Shown here in pieces: positions 21,916-31,334 of a DNA stretch of 47,688 nt (position 1 is the first letter of the stretch; every line of letters starts with the position of its first letter). The notes under the pieces are model-generated. The model was not told where the DNA came from and searched no databases. It was given only the letters and a program-made list of their open reading frames with translations. Source of the stretch: a virus; the IMG/VR virus record IMGVR_UViG_3300044709_000119, positions 1 to 47,688 of that record; one strand, 5' to 3'. The translations under genes were made by a program, and so were the position numbers.

Positions 21916-22364
21916 AGAGCCCCGATACCTCCTCCATCCTAGATGGCCTCTTCGTGGAGGAGGTATCGGGCGAAATTGTCCCTGTGGACACGTCGCTCAC
22001 GCTTGCCGACGAGAAGACCAAAGACCTCCAGTCCATCGAGGACAAGCTCTTCGACCGGTCTGCCGAGATTCTCGAGGGCGCGCTCAGGTTCACCGAGGTC
22101 AATCCCACCGACACTGAGCCGCCTGCGGAGTGGATCAACGAGTTCGGGTACACCAAGGCCAAGCGCATGCTCCAGTCGGCTACCACGGCCTGGATGAGCG
22201 CCAAGAATGCACCCGTCGGCATCAAGGTCGCGGAGTCCATCGCTCGCGGAGTCATGAAGGCCCGCTCGCTCGAGAAGGCGGCACCGAAGTCACTGGCAGT
22301 TGCATTCCTGAACAACACCGTCCACCACCATTACGAGACCAAAGAGGTAGACTCCGATGACTGA
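21912..22364 (+). CDS. hypothetical protein (150 aa; small-terminase position is possible but unsupported)
   Basis: GTG overlaps the upstream stop (GTGA). Confidence 0.6.
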   Translation: MKSPDTSSILDGLFVEEVSGEIVPVDTSLTLADEKTKDLQSIEDKLFDRSAEILEGALRFTEVNPTDTEPPAEWINEFGYTKAKRMLQSATTAWMSAKNAPVGIKVAESIARGVMKARSLEKAAPKSLAVAFLNNTVHHHYETKEVDSDD

Positions 22365-22436
22365 CCAGTGGGCACAAATCGTGGTCGTGAGCCTAGGGCT
22401 CGTTCTCTTCATCTACGCAGCTGCCCAGGGCAACAC

Positions 22437-22808
22437 ATGACGGAAGCGCGCCGCTGGTACACGCACACGATTACCGGTGACCGAGGCTATCTGGTGCAGC
22501 AGGATGGCGAGGACTGCGTCCGCTACGACCAGCCGGGCCACGAGCGCATCGTGCGCCTGCGCGCCGAGCAGTGGGTCGTCGACAGCGACCACCGCCCCCT
22601 GAACCTCGGCCAGCTCGCGCAGGTAGCATATGCCGCCGACCAGAAGCTATGCTGGGCGCTTGGGCTCCACGCCAAGCTCAAGAGCTGGCTCGACCTGAAC
22701 GAGGAGCAGCGTGCCAGCTGGGTTCGCGGCGAAGGCCCCAAGGGACACCCCGCTCGCATCGCCCTATTTGCCTCCGTGTGGTCCACCCTGAAGGAGCTCG
22801 CCCGATGA
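22437..22808 (+). CDS. hypothetical protein (123 aa)
   Basis: ATG 22437; a 27-aa hydrophobic mini-ORF (22357..22440) may precede it. Confidence 0.6.
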   Translation: MTEARRWYTHTITGDRGYLVQQDGEDCVRYDQPGHERIVRLRAEQWVVDSDHRPLNLGQLAQVAYAADQKLCWALGLHAKLKSWLDLNEEQRASWVRGEGPKGHPARIALFASVWSTLKELAR

Positions 22809-23323
22809 CAGCGCCCCCTAAATTCATCAGCGACCGTCCGCTCGAGCCCAAGTCGGTTGACGTCGGTGGACCGGCCAGGTCCTTTTCCGGCAAGGCAGAG
22901 GCCCTCTGGCAATGGGTCCACATGGAGCTCAAACCGTTCCTCTTGATGGCCCAGAAGAAGATCGCCGGCATGCTCAACCAGCCACCATTCTTCGGTCATC
23001 CCATGTGGGACGGAGGCACCTGGAGAGCCGTCAGGCTGGGCGAGCTCGCGCCTGACCTGCTCGACGCAGACGAGACGCTGACAGTCGCAATGGGCGACCA
23101 CCACGTCCAGCGCGTCGACGGTGCCAGCGTCCCCCGCGTGAAGACGCTGAGCCCCGCTGGAGCTGTGGCGGGAAACGCCAAGTTCCTGTGGAACATGAGC
23201 GACCAGACGCTGACGTTTGGCTCAGCCATCGTCGCTGCCGGCTACTACTGCGAAGCGAGCTTCGATGGAGTCGCGTGGGTGCCGCTGCGGATCCTGCGCA
23301 TCGTAGGAGACCCCCCGTTTTGA
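22805..23323 (+). CDS. hypothetical protein immediately upstream of terL (172 aa)
   Basis: ATG overlaps the upstream stop (ATGA). Confidence 0.6.
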   Translation: MTAPPKFISDRPLEPKSVDVGGPARSFSGKAEALWQWVHMELKPFLLMAQKKIAGMLNQPPFFGHPMWDGGTWRAVRLGELAPDLLDADETLTVAMGDHHVQRVDGASVPRVKTLSPAGAVAGNAKFLWNMSDQTLTFGSAIVAAGYYCEASFDGVAWVPLRILRIVGDPPF

Positions 23324-25830
23324 GCGCTCCGATCTATGAGCCAAGCGCTTGGGGAGCTAAGTTCCATGCCCTGAAGGTGGACGAGGCCCTCGGTGCCGGC
23401 AGCGCCGGCCCTGGGAAAACCCTCGTGCTTCTCATGGATCCGCTCGAGCAGATAGTCACCGAAAACGAGCGAACGCTACTGCCGAAGTCCCACAAGAACT
23501 ACCTAGATCCAGGGCAGTCGACAGGGTGGGCGCTGCACTTGCGCCGCACGCGCACCATGCTCGACCAGACGATTGGGCGCGCGCAGCGCATCTACCCGCG
23601 AATTGACCCAGGTGTGAAGTGGGACGCGCAGCGCTCAACGCTGAAGTTCTCGAGCGGCTACCGGCTACAGTTCGGGCACTGCAAGGATCCTGACGACTAT
23701 CTCCAGTACTACAGTTCAGAGTTCTGTAGCGCCGCAGGCACCCAGGTGCTCATGGGAGACCGCTCGTTCAAGAGCATTGAGCAGATCGCGGTTGGCGAAG
23801 AGGTGATGACCCTGGAGGGGCCCAGGCCGGTGGTCGCCACATGGAAAACAGGCGTCAAGCCTTGCGTCGAGGCGGTCGTCCGAGACCGCGGCGCGATTGT
23901 TGGAACGCAACGATTTCCGACCACGCACCCGGTTCTTGCTGCGACCAGCGTCGGATTGCACCCAGTACCGTCGCAGGGTTCACCGAATACCGTTCAGCGA
24001 GAGCGGCCGCACGGATGGAGCTGGCAAGACTACGAATCTCGCCTCTATGGCGCTCCAGAGAGCCCGGTGAAGCGCGTTTCGAGAGTAGACCCGGAAACAG
24101 GTTTCGTAGAGTTTGGTGGTTTACACCGAGATTTTGTGCAGCTTCCAAGGTTGTCCTTCCCCGTAGTGCTTCACGAACCGACACTTCGTCGAGCCCGCTC
24201 TCGCCTCGGTTTGCCCAATGAATATGATGGGTGCGCAGGATGGCCTGAAGTGTCGATACAGCGATATCCAGGCACCGAGCTGCCTCGATTTGGCTCAGGC
24301 CCCGATCCGTCGCGAGCACAGCTACTCGTTCTGCCAACTGACGGTCATAGCGGAGAGAGTCGGCCTTGTGGTGACGCAGGTGGGCAGCCTGATCAGGGAA
24401 TAGCCACAGGTTTTCCGGCGCATTGTTGGTCTTATTCTCGTCTTCGTGGTGCACAACCTCGGCGCGTGACAGCTGACGCCGAAGAATTATCTCGGCTACT
24501 AGGCGATGCTGCTGGTAGTAGCCACTCCTCGAGCAGCGCGGATGGTCGGGGCAGTACTCGTGAACGTAGCCCATGCTCAACATGGTCCTACCCACATTTC
24601 TACTCGGGAGAGAGCCGAGTTCGCTCAGAGGACGTCCGTATTGGAAAGGTGGAGCTACGACCGGTTGGATTTCTAGAGACATTCGACCTCACGGTGGAAG
24701 GCGCGAACCACTATATAACGGACTCGGCACTGATATCAAGCCAGACCCACTTGGCCTTCGATGAACTCTGCCAGTTCCTCAAGAGCCAGTATCAAGAGCT
24801 CAAGACTCGCGTGCGTTCGAGTGACCCTATCTTGCGCAAAATGCTCAAGATCCGCTCGATGAGCAACCCCATGGTCACACACGACGGCCAGGACTTCACG
24901 GTGCGGGATCCGTACTGGGTACGGAAGCTGTTCGTCGATCCTGCGCCCGAGGGGAACGTCATGCTCACCAAGACGGTGCGGATGAGCGACGGCAGTCACC
25001 AGAAGATCACGCGCATGTACCTGCCGGCGAGGCTATCGGATAACCCAGACGCGGCATTTCGAGATGACTACGAGCGCCGCCTCCGGGACGCGCCCGCTCA
25101 CGTGCGTAGGGCACTGCTCGAGGGCGACTGGTACACCATCGCGAACGGTTTCTACTCAGATGCTTGGAACCCGGACCTACATGTGTGCGACCCGTTCGAG
25201 ATCCCGAGCGACTGGCCCAAATTCCGCTCGATGGACTGGGGGCACAAAGTTCCAGGGTGCATTCACTGGGCCGCCCTCGACCCGGATGACACACTTTTCG
25301 TGTTCCGCGAGTACACGTTCCAGGGGAAAACAGCTCGTGCGGTCGCCGAGCGGGTCCACGAGATCGAGGATGACCTGGGGTTGTGGAAAGACGGTCGATC
25401 TACAGCCTCCGGTCCCGCCGACACCCAGCTGTGGGAGGAGCGCGGTGACTCGGGGCGGTCCAAGGCGGAGGACTTTGCCGCTGAGGGGATCTCCTGGGTC
25501 CCAGCCGACAAGAAGAGCCGCCGCCGCAACGCCGAGCGCATCATCGAGCGCCTGTCGAACCACGGCAACGGCACGACGGCCCCGGGGATCGTGTTTTTCC
25601 GCAACTGCAAGCAGATAATCAAGACCTTACCGTCGATGCCGCGCCAGGAGGGTGACCCGGAAACGCCGATGGACGGAGGGGACGACCACTGGCACGACTC
25701 CTGTTGCTACCTCGTGTCCTACGTGTCTAGGCGTGACGGCTGGGCGAAACGCGACCAAGATGACGACGATGACGAACGCGACGACAAGCCGAAAGCCCGA
25801 AGGGTCGGCAGAGGGTACGGGGTCGACTGA
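23320..25830 (+). CDS. terL: terminase large subunit, interrupted by a 340-aa intein
   Basis: TTG 23320 (TTGA overlap, AGGAGA upstream); Walker A GAGSAGPGKT; Walker B-like HLAFDE immediately after the intein; nuclease-half motifs in the C-terminal part. Confidence 0.85.
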   Translation: MSAPIYEPSAWGAKFHALKVDEALGAGSAGPGKTLVLLMDPLEQIVTENERTLLPKSHKNYLDPGQSTGWALHLRRTRTMLDQTIGRAQRIYPRIDPGVKWDAQRSTLKFSSGYRLQFGHCKDPDDYLQYYSSEFCSAAGTQVLMGDRSFKSIEQIAVGEEVMTLEGPRPVVATWKTGVKPCVEAVVRDRGAIVGTQRFPTTHPVLAATSVGLHPVPSQGSPNTVQRERPHGWSWQDYESRLYGAPESPVKRVSRVDPETGFVEFGGLHRDFVQLPRLSFPVVLHEPTLRRARSRLGLPNEYDGCAGWPEVSIQRYPGTELPRFGSGPDPSRAQLLVLPTDGHSGESRPCGDAGGQPDQGIATGFPAHCWSYSRLRGAQPRRVTADAEELSRLLGDAAGSSHSSSSADGRGSTRERSPCSTWSYPHFYSGESRVRSEDVRIGKVELRPVGFLETFDLTVEGANHYITDSALISSQTHLAFDELCQFLKSQYQELKTRVRSSDPILRKMLKIRSMSNPMVTHDGQDFTVRDPYWVRKLFVDPAPEGNVMLTKTVRMSDGSHQKITRMYLPARLSDNPDAAFRDDYERRLRDAPAHVRRALLEGDWYTIANGFYSDAWNPDLHVCDPFEIPSDWPKFRSMDWGHKVPGCIHWAALDPDDTLFVFREYTFQGKTARAVAERVHEIEDDLGLWKDGRSTASGPADTQLWEERGDSGRSKAEDFAAEGISWVPADKKSRRRNAERIIERLSNHGNGTTAPGIVFFRNCKQIIKTLPSMPRQEGDPETPMDGGDDHWHDSCCYLVSYVSRRDGWAKRDQDDDDDERDDKPKARRVGRGYGVD
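23725..24744 (+). mobile_element. intein (Hint domain) within terL
   Basis: starts CSAAGTQVLMGDRSFKSIEQIAVGEEV (block A) with TTHPVLA (block B); ends ETFDLTVEGANHYITDSALISSQ followed by Thr (+1); non-canonical SQ instead of HN. Confidence 0.75.
23855..24682 (-). CDS. HNH homing-type endonuclease with C-terminal HTH repeats, encoded antisense inside the intein
   Basis: GYVHEY...GYYQQHRLVAEIILRRQLSRAEVVHHEDENKTNNAPENLWLFPDQAAHLRHH is a clear HNH_3-type motif; alternative start at MLSMGYV. Confidence 0.8.
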   Translation of the reverse strand: MSLEIQPVVAPPFQYGRPLSELGSLPSRNVGRTMLSMGYVHEYCPDHPRCSRSGYYQQHRLVAEIILRRQLSRAEVVHHEDENKTNNAPENLWLFPDQAAHLRHHKADSLRYDRQLAERVAVLATDRGLSQIEAARCLDIAVSTLQAILRTHHIHWANRGESGLDEVSVREALRGRTTLEAAQNLGVNHQTLRNLFPGLLSKRASPGSLERHRGEIRSLASSIRAAALAERYSVNPATVLGAIRRWSQQEPGAWSEIVAFQQSRRGLGRPPRRKA

Positions 25831-28142
25831 TGGCTGACGGCGACATGGAATTCGACGTGGGAGAGGAGCTCGACGACCCGGAGCCGGACATGGATCCGGA
25901 CGACATCGTCAACGAGGAGACCGAGCAGGCCGCAAACCTGGTCCCGATCTTCGTGGAGACCGACGCCGGCAAGAAGGCGCTGAAGAAGATCAGCGACCGC
26001 ATTCTGACGGACATCGACAACGCGACCGACTCCCGCGAGGAGTACGTCGAGCGCGTAGCCAAGGACTGGAAGCTGTTCGCCGGTGACCTGCCGGACAAAT
26101 CTTTCCCGTTCCAGGACTGCGCGAATCTCCACGTGCCGATCGCAATCGAGAACACGATGCGGATCACGCTCCACGCCTACGGTGAGCTCTTCGGTGACTG
26201 GACCAACGTGTTCGGTGTGCTGCCGATGGGACCCGAGGACGATATCACCGCGCAGATCCTGACGGTCCATGGCAACTGGCAGATCCGCCAGCAGATCCCA
26301 GGCTTCAAGCGCGAGCAGCACCGCGGCCTCCTGAGCTTCTTCTACATCGGCGACACCACCTGTCACTCGCTCTGGGATGGCTATTGCAACCAGCATCGGA
26401 TGCTGGCCCCGGACGAGTTCATCACCCCCTACAGCTACACGACTACCCGGCCCGACTACGCCGACCTGCCCTGGTACGGCCGCGTCTACCCGCTCTACAA
26501 GCACGAGCTCGAGCGCGAAGGAAAGGTGGGCGAGTGGCACGACGTGGAGGCAGTGCTCGAGCGCAAGTCGCCTAGCTGGGACGACGATCCAGAGCAGCGG
26601 GTCCACGAAGCCATCGCGGAGCTCAACGGAATTCACATCCCCGAGGATGACGCCCACGCACCCTTCAAGCTCTACTGGTACGAGGGCTGGATGGAACTGC
26701 CCGGCCAGGAAGAGAGCCGCTGGTGCAAGGCCATCGTCGACCCGAGGACCCGCGCCATCTTGCTGCTAACCATCCTGGAGACCCACAACTGGCAGGATAA
26801 GCAGCGCTACCTGATGCAGAGCCAGGAACGGGACACCTACTTCCAGGCCCAAGAGGCCCACCAGTCCGCCGAGATGGAGCGAGCCACCCAGGAGCAGCAG
26901 CTCTCGCTCCTCGCCCAGACCAGCATGGACCCGCAGGCTCAATTCGAGGCGTCCCAAGCCCTGCAGGCAATGGCGAACGACCCGCTGCCGCCCCCACCCG
27001 TCGCCCCATCATGGATGCAGGACCCGAATGACCCCCAGGAAGAGCCAGAACCTCCCCGCCGTGAACCGGTGCGTCTATTTGCCCACGGGGTATGTATCGA
27101 GCCTCTGGTGGGGAATCTCGGTATCGGATACGGGCGCATTCTGGCGGACTACAATCGGGCCGCCAACACGAGTCTGGACCAGTTCGTGGACGCTGCCTCG
27201 CTCGCTAATGCCGGCTGCCTGATCACTACCGACAACATCAGCTTCGAGGGCGGCTTCAGCCTTGGGATCGGGAAGCAGCTGAAGGTCAGAGGGGCAAGTG
27301 GACGCCAACTGAAGGACGACATCATGCCCTTTAGCTTCCCCCCTGCGAACCAGCAACTGCTCACGCTGGTGACCATGGCGCGCGAATCCGCGCGTGAGTC
27401 GGCCCAGAGCCCAGAGGTGCTCTCTGGCGAGCCAGGAAAGTCCGGCGAGACCTACCGCGGGCTGGCAGCGCGCATCGAGCAGGCCACCAAGATGCTCTCG
27501 GTCCAGAGCAGGAAATATCTGGACTTCTTCGAGCAGATCATGCGCAATAACGCCTTCCTGAATAGCATCTACCTGCGAGACGAGGAGCTGTTCACGGTAA
27601 CAAACCACGCGCTCCGGAGCCTGCCCACTTCGCCCGAGTCGCTGAACAGCCGCCAAGCGGGAATGCCTGCGATTCCTGGCCAGACCGGGCTCATCCCGAT
27701 CAAGGTCGGCAAGTGGATGTACGAGCGCAATTACGAGGTGGAGTTCCGCTGCGACCTTCGCTTCGCATCTCAAGCCCAACGCATCGCCGAGTCGGAAGAG
27801 ATCGTCAAGATGTCCATGACGGTGCCGATTCTGATGCAGAACCAGCAGTTCCAATACTATGCAGTCAAAAAAGACCTCGAGGCCCGAGGACGGCAAGACC
27901 TTGTTGCGATGCTTGGGCCAGCCCCTCCACCCCCGATCCCTCAACCCCCAGCGGTTCCTGGACTACCAGGTACTCCAGGGGCCGTACCAGGCGCGGGTCC
28001 GGCAGCTGCCGCGCCACCAGGGGCGAGTCCTGGACCAAATCGAGGTCCGGACGGATCTGCTGCGCCGGCGCCTCCAAATGGAGGTGTACCTGGCCGCGAG
28101 TCACACGTCGCACCCTTTTCTCCGAAACCCCAAGAGCAGTGA
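25830..28142 (+). CDS. portal protein
   Basis: 770 aa directly after terL; acidic N-terminus; Pro/Ala-rich C-terminal tail. Confidence 0.7.
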   Translation: MADGDMEFDVGEELDDPEPDMDPDDIVNEETEQAANLVPIFVETDAGKKALKKISDRILTDIDNATDSREEYVERVAKDWKLFAGDLPDKSFPFQDCANLHVPIAIENTMRITLHAYGELFGDWTNVFGVLPMGPEDDITAQILTVHGNWQIRQQIPGFKREQHRGLLSFFYIGDTTCHSLWDGYCNQHRMLAPDEFITPYSYTTTRPDYADLPWYGRVYPLYKHELEREGKVGEWHDVEAVLERKSPSWDDDPEQRVHEAIAELNGIHIPEDDAHAPFKLYWYEGWMELPGQEESRWCKAIVDPRTRAILLLTILETHNWQDKQRYLMQSQERDTYFQAQEAHQSAEMERATQEQQLSLLAQTSMDPQAQFEASQALQAMANDPLPPPPVAPSWMQDPNDPQEEPEPPRREPVRLFAHGVCIEPLVGNLGIGYGRILADYNRAANTSLDQFVDAASLANAGCLITTDNISFEGGFSLGIGKQLKVRGASGRQLKDDIMPFSFPPANQQLLTLVTMARESARESAQSPEVLSGEPGKSGETYRGLAARIEQATKMLSVQSRKYLDFFEQIMRNNAFLNSIYLRDEELFTVTNHALRSLPTSPESLNSRQAGMPAIPGQTGLIPIKVGKWMYERNYEVEFRCDLRFASQAQRIAESEEIVKMSMTVPILMQNQQFQYYAVKKDLEARGRQDLVAMLGPAPPPPIPQPPAVPGLPGTPGAVPGAGPAAAAPPGASPGPNRGPDGSAAPAPPNGGVPGRESHVAPFSPKPQEQ

Positions 28143-28149
28143 GTAGCCG

Positions 28150-28389
28150 ATGAACGCAGAGCCAAAGTTCTCAGAGGACGAGGCGGACGACGTCTCCGAC
28201 TGGTTCACTCACCCACAAACGCTCGCCCTGGCCCGGCGCGCTCTCGATGACCAGGAAGAGATGCGCAAGGAACTCATGCGCGTCTGCAAAGCGTCGACCG
28301 ACCCAGCCGTCACTGCCGCCTATGCCCGGCTCGAGGCTGCGACCGTTCACCGGGCTATCCTGACACTACCGAAGAAAGCCAAGAAATGA
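28150..28389 (+). CDS. hypothetical protein (79 aa)
   Basis: ATG-to-stop ORF; ATGA junction with the next gene. Confidence 0.6.
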   Translation: MNAEPKFSEDEADDVSDWFTHPQTLALARRALDDQEEMRKELMRVCKASTDPAVTAAYARLEAATVHRAILTLPKKAKK

Positions 28390-29030
28390 CCGAAAGCCTC
28401 ATGTCTCCAACGCTGGAGTTCTGCGAAGGGCCCATCGCCGCGGACATCGTCAAGCGACTGACCCGCTCCGAGGAGGACCAGCGCCGCGACCAGGTGTCTC
28501 CGCCCGGAGCCTTCCCGCAGCTCACCGCGCTGCTCGAGGCCAGGCGGCTGGAACACCTGCTCACCGACGACATGTTCAAGGCCCAGCCGGTCTTCAACTG
28601 CGTCTGGATCTACCAGCTCGAGATGCACGAGGGCGAGACCTTCATGCCTGGAGGCATGCTTGTGAAGAGCGAGGCGACCCAGGCCTACAAGAAGGACTCT
28701 GCGCCGCGCGGGATTCTGGTCGGGGCGGGGCTCATTGCGATGGATAACCTCAAGGCGCACGGGATCGAGCCGGGCCACATCGTTCGTTTCATCAAGCTCT
28801 CGCCATTCAAAATCCCTGTCGGGTACACCACTGGCGGGAAAGAGATCTTCGTCCTCCAGATGCGAGACGGAGACATCCTAGCCAGTGAGGACCTGGCTAC
28901 CAAGCTCAAAGCCGGCGACCTGCGCGTTGTCGACATCGGCTCCGACTCGCCGGACCACCGTCTGCTCGGGCATGACCAGGGGGAATGCTCGCCGCCCAAA
29001 ACCATGCCCACTGTCCCGGAGGATTCCTGA
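28386..29030 (+). CDS. Cpn10/GroES-like-domain protein (candidate assembly co-chaperonin)
   Basis: VWIYQLE...MPGGMLV...PRGILVGAG...IEPGHIVRF...FVLQMRDGDILA parallels GroES segments RVIVKR...AGGIVL...RGEVLAVG...VKVGDIVIF...LIMSESDILA. Confidence 0.4.
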   Translation: MTESLMSPTLEFCEGPIAADIVKRLTRSEEDQRRDQVSPPGAFPQLTALLEARRLEHLLTDDMFKAQPVFNCVWIYQLEMHEGETFMPGGMLVKSEATQAYKKDSAPRGILVGAGLIAMDNLKAHGIEPGHIVRFIKLSPFKIPVGYTTGGKEIFVLQMRDGDILASEDLATKLKAGDLRVVDIGSDSPDHRLLGHDQGECSPPKTMPTVPEDS

Positions 29031-30025
29031 TGGCTACCGCCAAGAGACCTGAAGCGTCCGAAGAAGACGACATCGCGAGCGCGAACGACGCCGCAGTCGA
29101 AAAGCTGCAAGCCCGCGCCAAGGCGAAGAGCGCAGCTGCCGAGCCTGACCACGATGTCGATGTCGACGAAGAGGATGATGACGAACCGAGCAGACCGATC
29201 GCGTCCGAGGAACAGAGAGAGTCACGTCAGGACCGACGGCGAGCCAGGAAGAGCCAGTTCGAGGAAGCGCAGCGCGAGCGCGACGAGTACCGGCGCCAAG
29301 CCGAGCAGCACAGCCGCGAACTCGCCGAGCTCAGGGGTCGGACAGAGGTTCTCCTCTCCCAGCGCCAGGGTCCTGCAGAGCAGCCACAGAAGCTTCCCGA
29401 GGAGGTAGAGCTTCACCGGAAGGAGAGGGAGCTCAGGGACGTTTGGGCAGAGTTCAGTCGCTTGCCGATCGATGAGCAGAACGCAAAGCTGCCGGAGTGG
29501 CAGGACAAGTACATCGCGGCGGAGCGCGAGGTGCGTGTTGCTACCAATCGCTGGGACGAGGCGCGGAACGGGAAAAAGGTGCCGCCGCAGCTCACGCCGG
29601 CCCAGGTCTACATGCAGGCCAACTGCGGCGACATCCTGAGCCACCCAAAGGGAGTTCAGGCGCTGATGGGCGCAGTCCAGACCCTGCTGGCAGAAGACCA
29701 CGAAGACAGTCTGGAGACGCTGGCCAAGGCAGCGGACATCGCGCGGCGAACCATCAGGCTCCAGCCCAAGAACGTGCCACCCATCACCCGGCGCGAGCCC
29801 GGTCTAAAGGCCAAGCTGCGAGCCGGCGGGCAAACCCCCCAGGGAGGGGGCGGCGGCCAACCAGAGCGTCGCATCATCAAGATGGGCGGCGGCTCTGCCC
29901 AGATGAAGGCGCGGCGCACGATGGCCAAGGCCGCATTCCCCCACCTGTCCGAGGACAAGGCCATGGAGAAGTGGGCCAAGGGACCCGGCAAGCGCATGAT
30001 GGAGAAGGGCCTGATCGACGAGTAG
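29030..30025 (+). CDS. scaffolding protein (candidate)
   Basis: 331 aa, highly charged, helical/coiled-coil, between the portal and capsid genes. Confidence 0.55.
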   Translation: MATAKRPEASEEDDIASANDAAVEKLQARAKAKSAAAEPDHDVDVDEEDDDEPSRPIASEEQRESRQDRRRARKSQFEEAQRERDEYRRQAEQHSRELAELRGRTEVLLSQRQGPAEQPQKLPEEVELHRKERELRDVWAEFSRLPIDEQNAKLPEWQDKYIAAEREVRVATNRWDEARNGKKVPPQLTPAQVYMQANCGDILSHPKGVQALMGAVQTLLAEDHEDSLETLAKAADIARRTIRLQPKNVPPITRREPGLKAKLRAGGQTPQGGGGGQPERRIIKMGGGSAQMKARRTMAKAAFPHLSEDKAMEKWAKGPGKRMMEKGLIDE

Positions 30026-30177
30026 CTTGACAGCTGCGTCGGTTCCTGTATCGTTTCAGCATTCGGCTCGCCCCTAGCCAGGGGTGAGTCAGAACGGCGA
30101 CCGCGGCCTCAGCGGCTCGTCAGATGTTCCGAGGAAGCCTCGCCGGGCTGCAGAGACTGGCAAGCGAGGAACATCTG

Positions 30178-30678
30178 ATGTCGGCTAGTTCAGCAGCGGT
30201 CGCAACACCCAAGCGCAAAGACCCGAAGCCCCGAGAGGTCACCGGGTTGGCGTTGGGCGCAAACGGCGAGAGTCGCTTCACGAAGATCGTGAACAAGGAC
30301 CCGCAGAAGAAATACGTCTTGGCCTGGCAGGCGGACGACGTGACCGGCGCGTCGTACTACGAAAGCCTCGGCTACGACATCGAGCTCTACCGCGAGGGCG
30401 GGCCGCGTCTGGCGGCGATGCGCAGGGTCCAACCGGGGGAGGCCATGGTCTTCCGTGGCTGCGTGCTGATGTCCATCAGTCTCGAGGCCTACAACGAGCT
30501 CCAGAAGTTCGGCGAGGAAGGCAACACCGGCCAAGCCTGGGCTGACTCCATCGAGAAGCGCATCCACAAGTCGAAGCGCGTCGAGAACCCTTTCGCTGGC
30601 GCCAACGTGGGCGTCGACTCAAACGGCAAGCGTTACGTGGCGGAGGACAAGTCCGCCGATCCGGAGGATGACCAATGA
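30178..30678 (+). CDS. hypothetical head-module protein (166 aa)
   Basis: ATG 30178 after GAGGAA. Confidence 0.55.
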   Translation: MSASSAAVATPKRKDPKPREVTGLALGANGESRFTKIVNKDPQKKYVLAWQADDVTGASYYESLGYDIELYREGGPRLAAMRRVQPGEAMVFRGCVLMSISLEAYNELQKFGEEGNTGQAWADSIEKRIHKSKRVENPFAGANVGVDSNGKRYVAEDKSADPEDDQ

Positions 30679-31325
30679 CCACCAACCGCGCCGGGTACGG
30701 CTTCCGCTTCTACCGCTCGAAGTACGGCCGCCCGCTCGAGAACTGCATCCGCAAGCTCGTGGCCTCGAACGCCACTTTCTCGGTCACTGGCGGAGCTACC
30801 GCGGTCGGCCTAGGTGCGGGTGACCCGGTCAAGCTCGTGAACGACGGCAGTGTGATGCTGGCAAACGGCACAGAGACTACCCCTGACGACATCTGGGGGA
30901 TCGTGGTCGGCGTAGGCCCGTACTGGGACGGCACCTTCATGCAGCAGAAGAAGGTCCTTCCTAGCAACGCCGTCTGGGGCACCAACATGTCCCGCGCCTC
31001 ATACGTGTGGGTGGTCCCCATCGAGCAGGCGTACTGGGAGATCGACGTGGATGACGCCGTGACGGCGACCACCGAGGCAGCCTACATGGCATTCATCGGT
31101 GAGAACGTATCGATGGTTCTCACCGGCGCCAGCGGCGAGCTCCGCGCGGCTCCCAAGGCCGATATCGCAACCCACGCCACGACCAACTCGCTGAAGCTGC
31201 GGATCTTCGAAATCTCGACGACCGCCGACAACGTGGACTACGCCGGCCTGAACGTGAAGGTCGTGGTCGAAGTCAACGCGAACAGCACCATCACCGGGTG
31301 GGCTACCACTTCCACGGGCGTCTAA
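30675..31325 (+). CDS. hypothetical head-module protein (216 aa; decoration-protein position)
   Basis: ATGA junction; directly upstream of the major capsid gene. Confidence 0.55.
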   Translation: MTTNRAGYGFRFYRSKYGRPLENCIRKLVASNATFSVTGGATAVGLGAGDPVKLVNDGSVMLANGTETTPDDIWGIVVGVGPYWDGTFMQQKKVLPSNAVWGTNMSRASYVWVVPIEQAYWEIDVDDAVTATTEAAYMAFIGENVSMVLTGASGELRAAPKADIATHATTNSLKLRIFEISTTADNVDYAGLNVKVVVEVNANSTITGWATTSTGV

Positions 31326-31334
31326 GGAGCACCG

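Noticed and set aside
25719-27944. Long minus-strand ORFs (25719-26657 and 27075-27944) inside the portal gene
   Set aside because: These are antisense shadows of a strongly supported structural gene, with no motifs and no RBS context. The same applies to 35684-36325, 35838-36620, 42678-43460 and 43343-44215.
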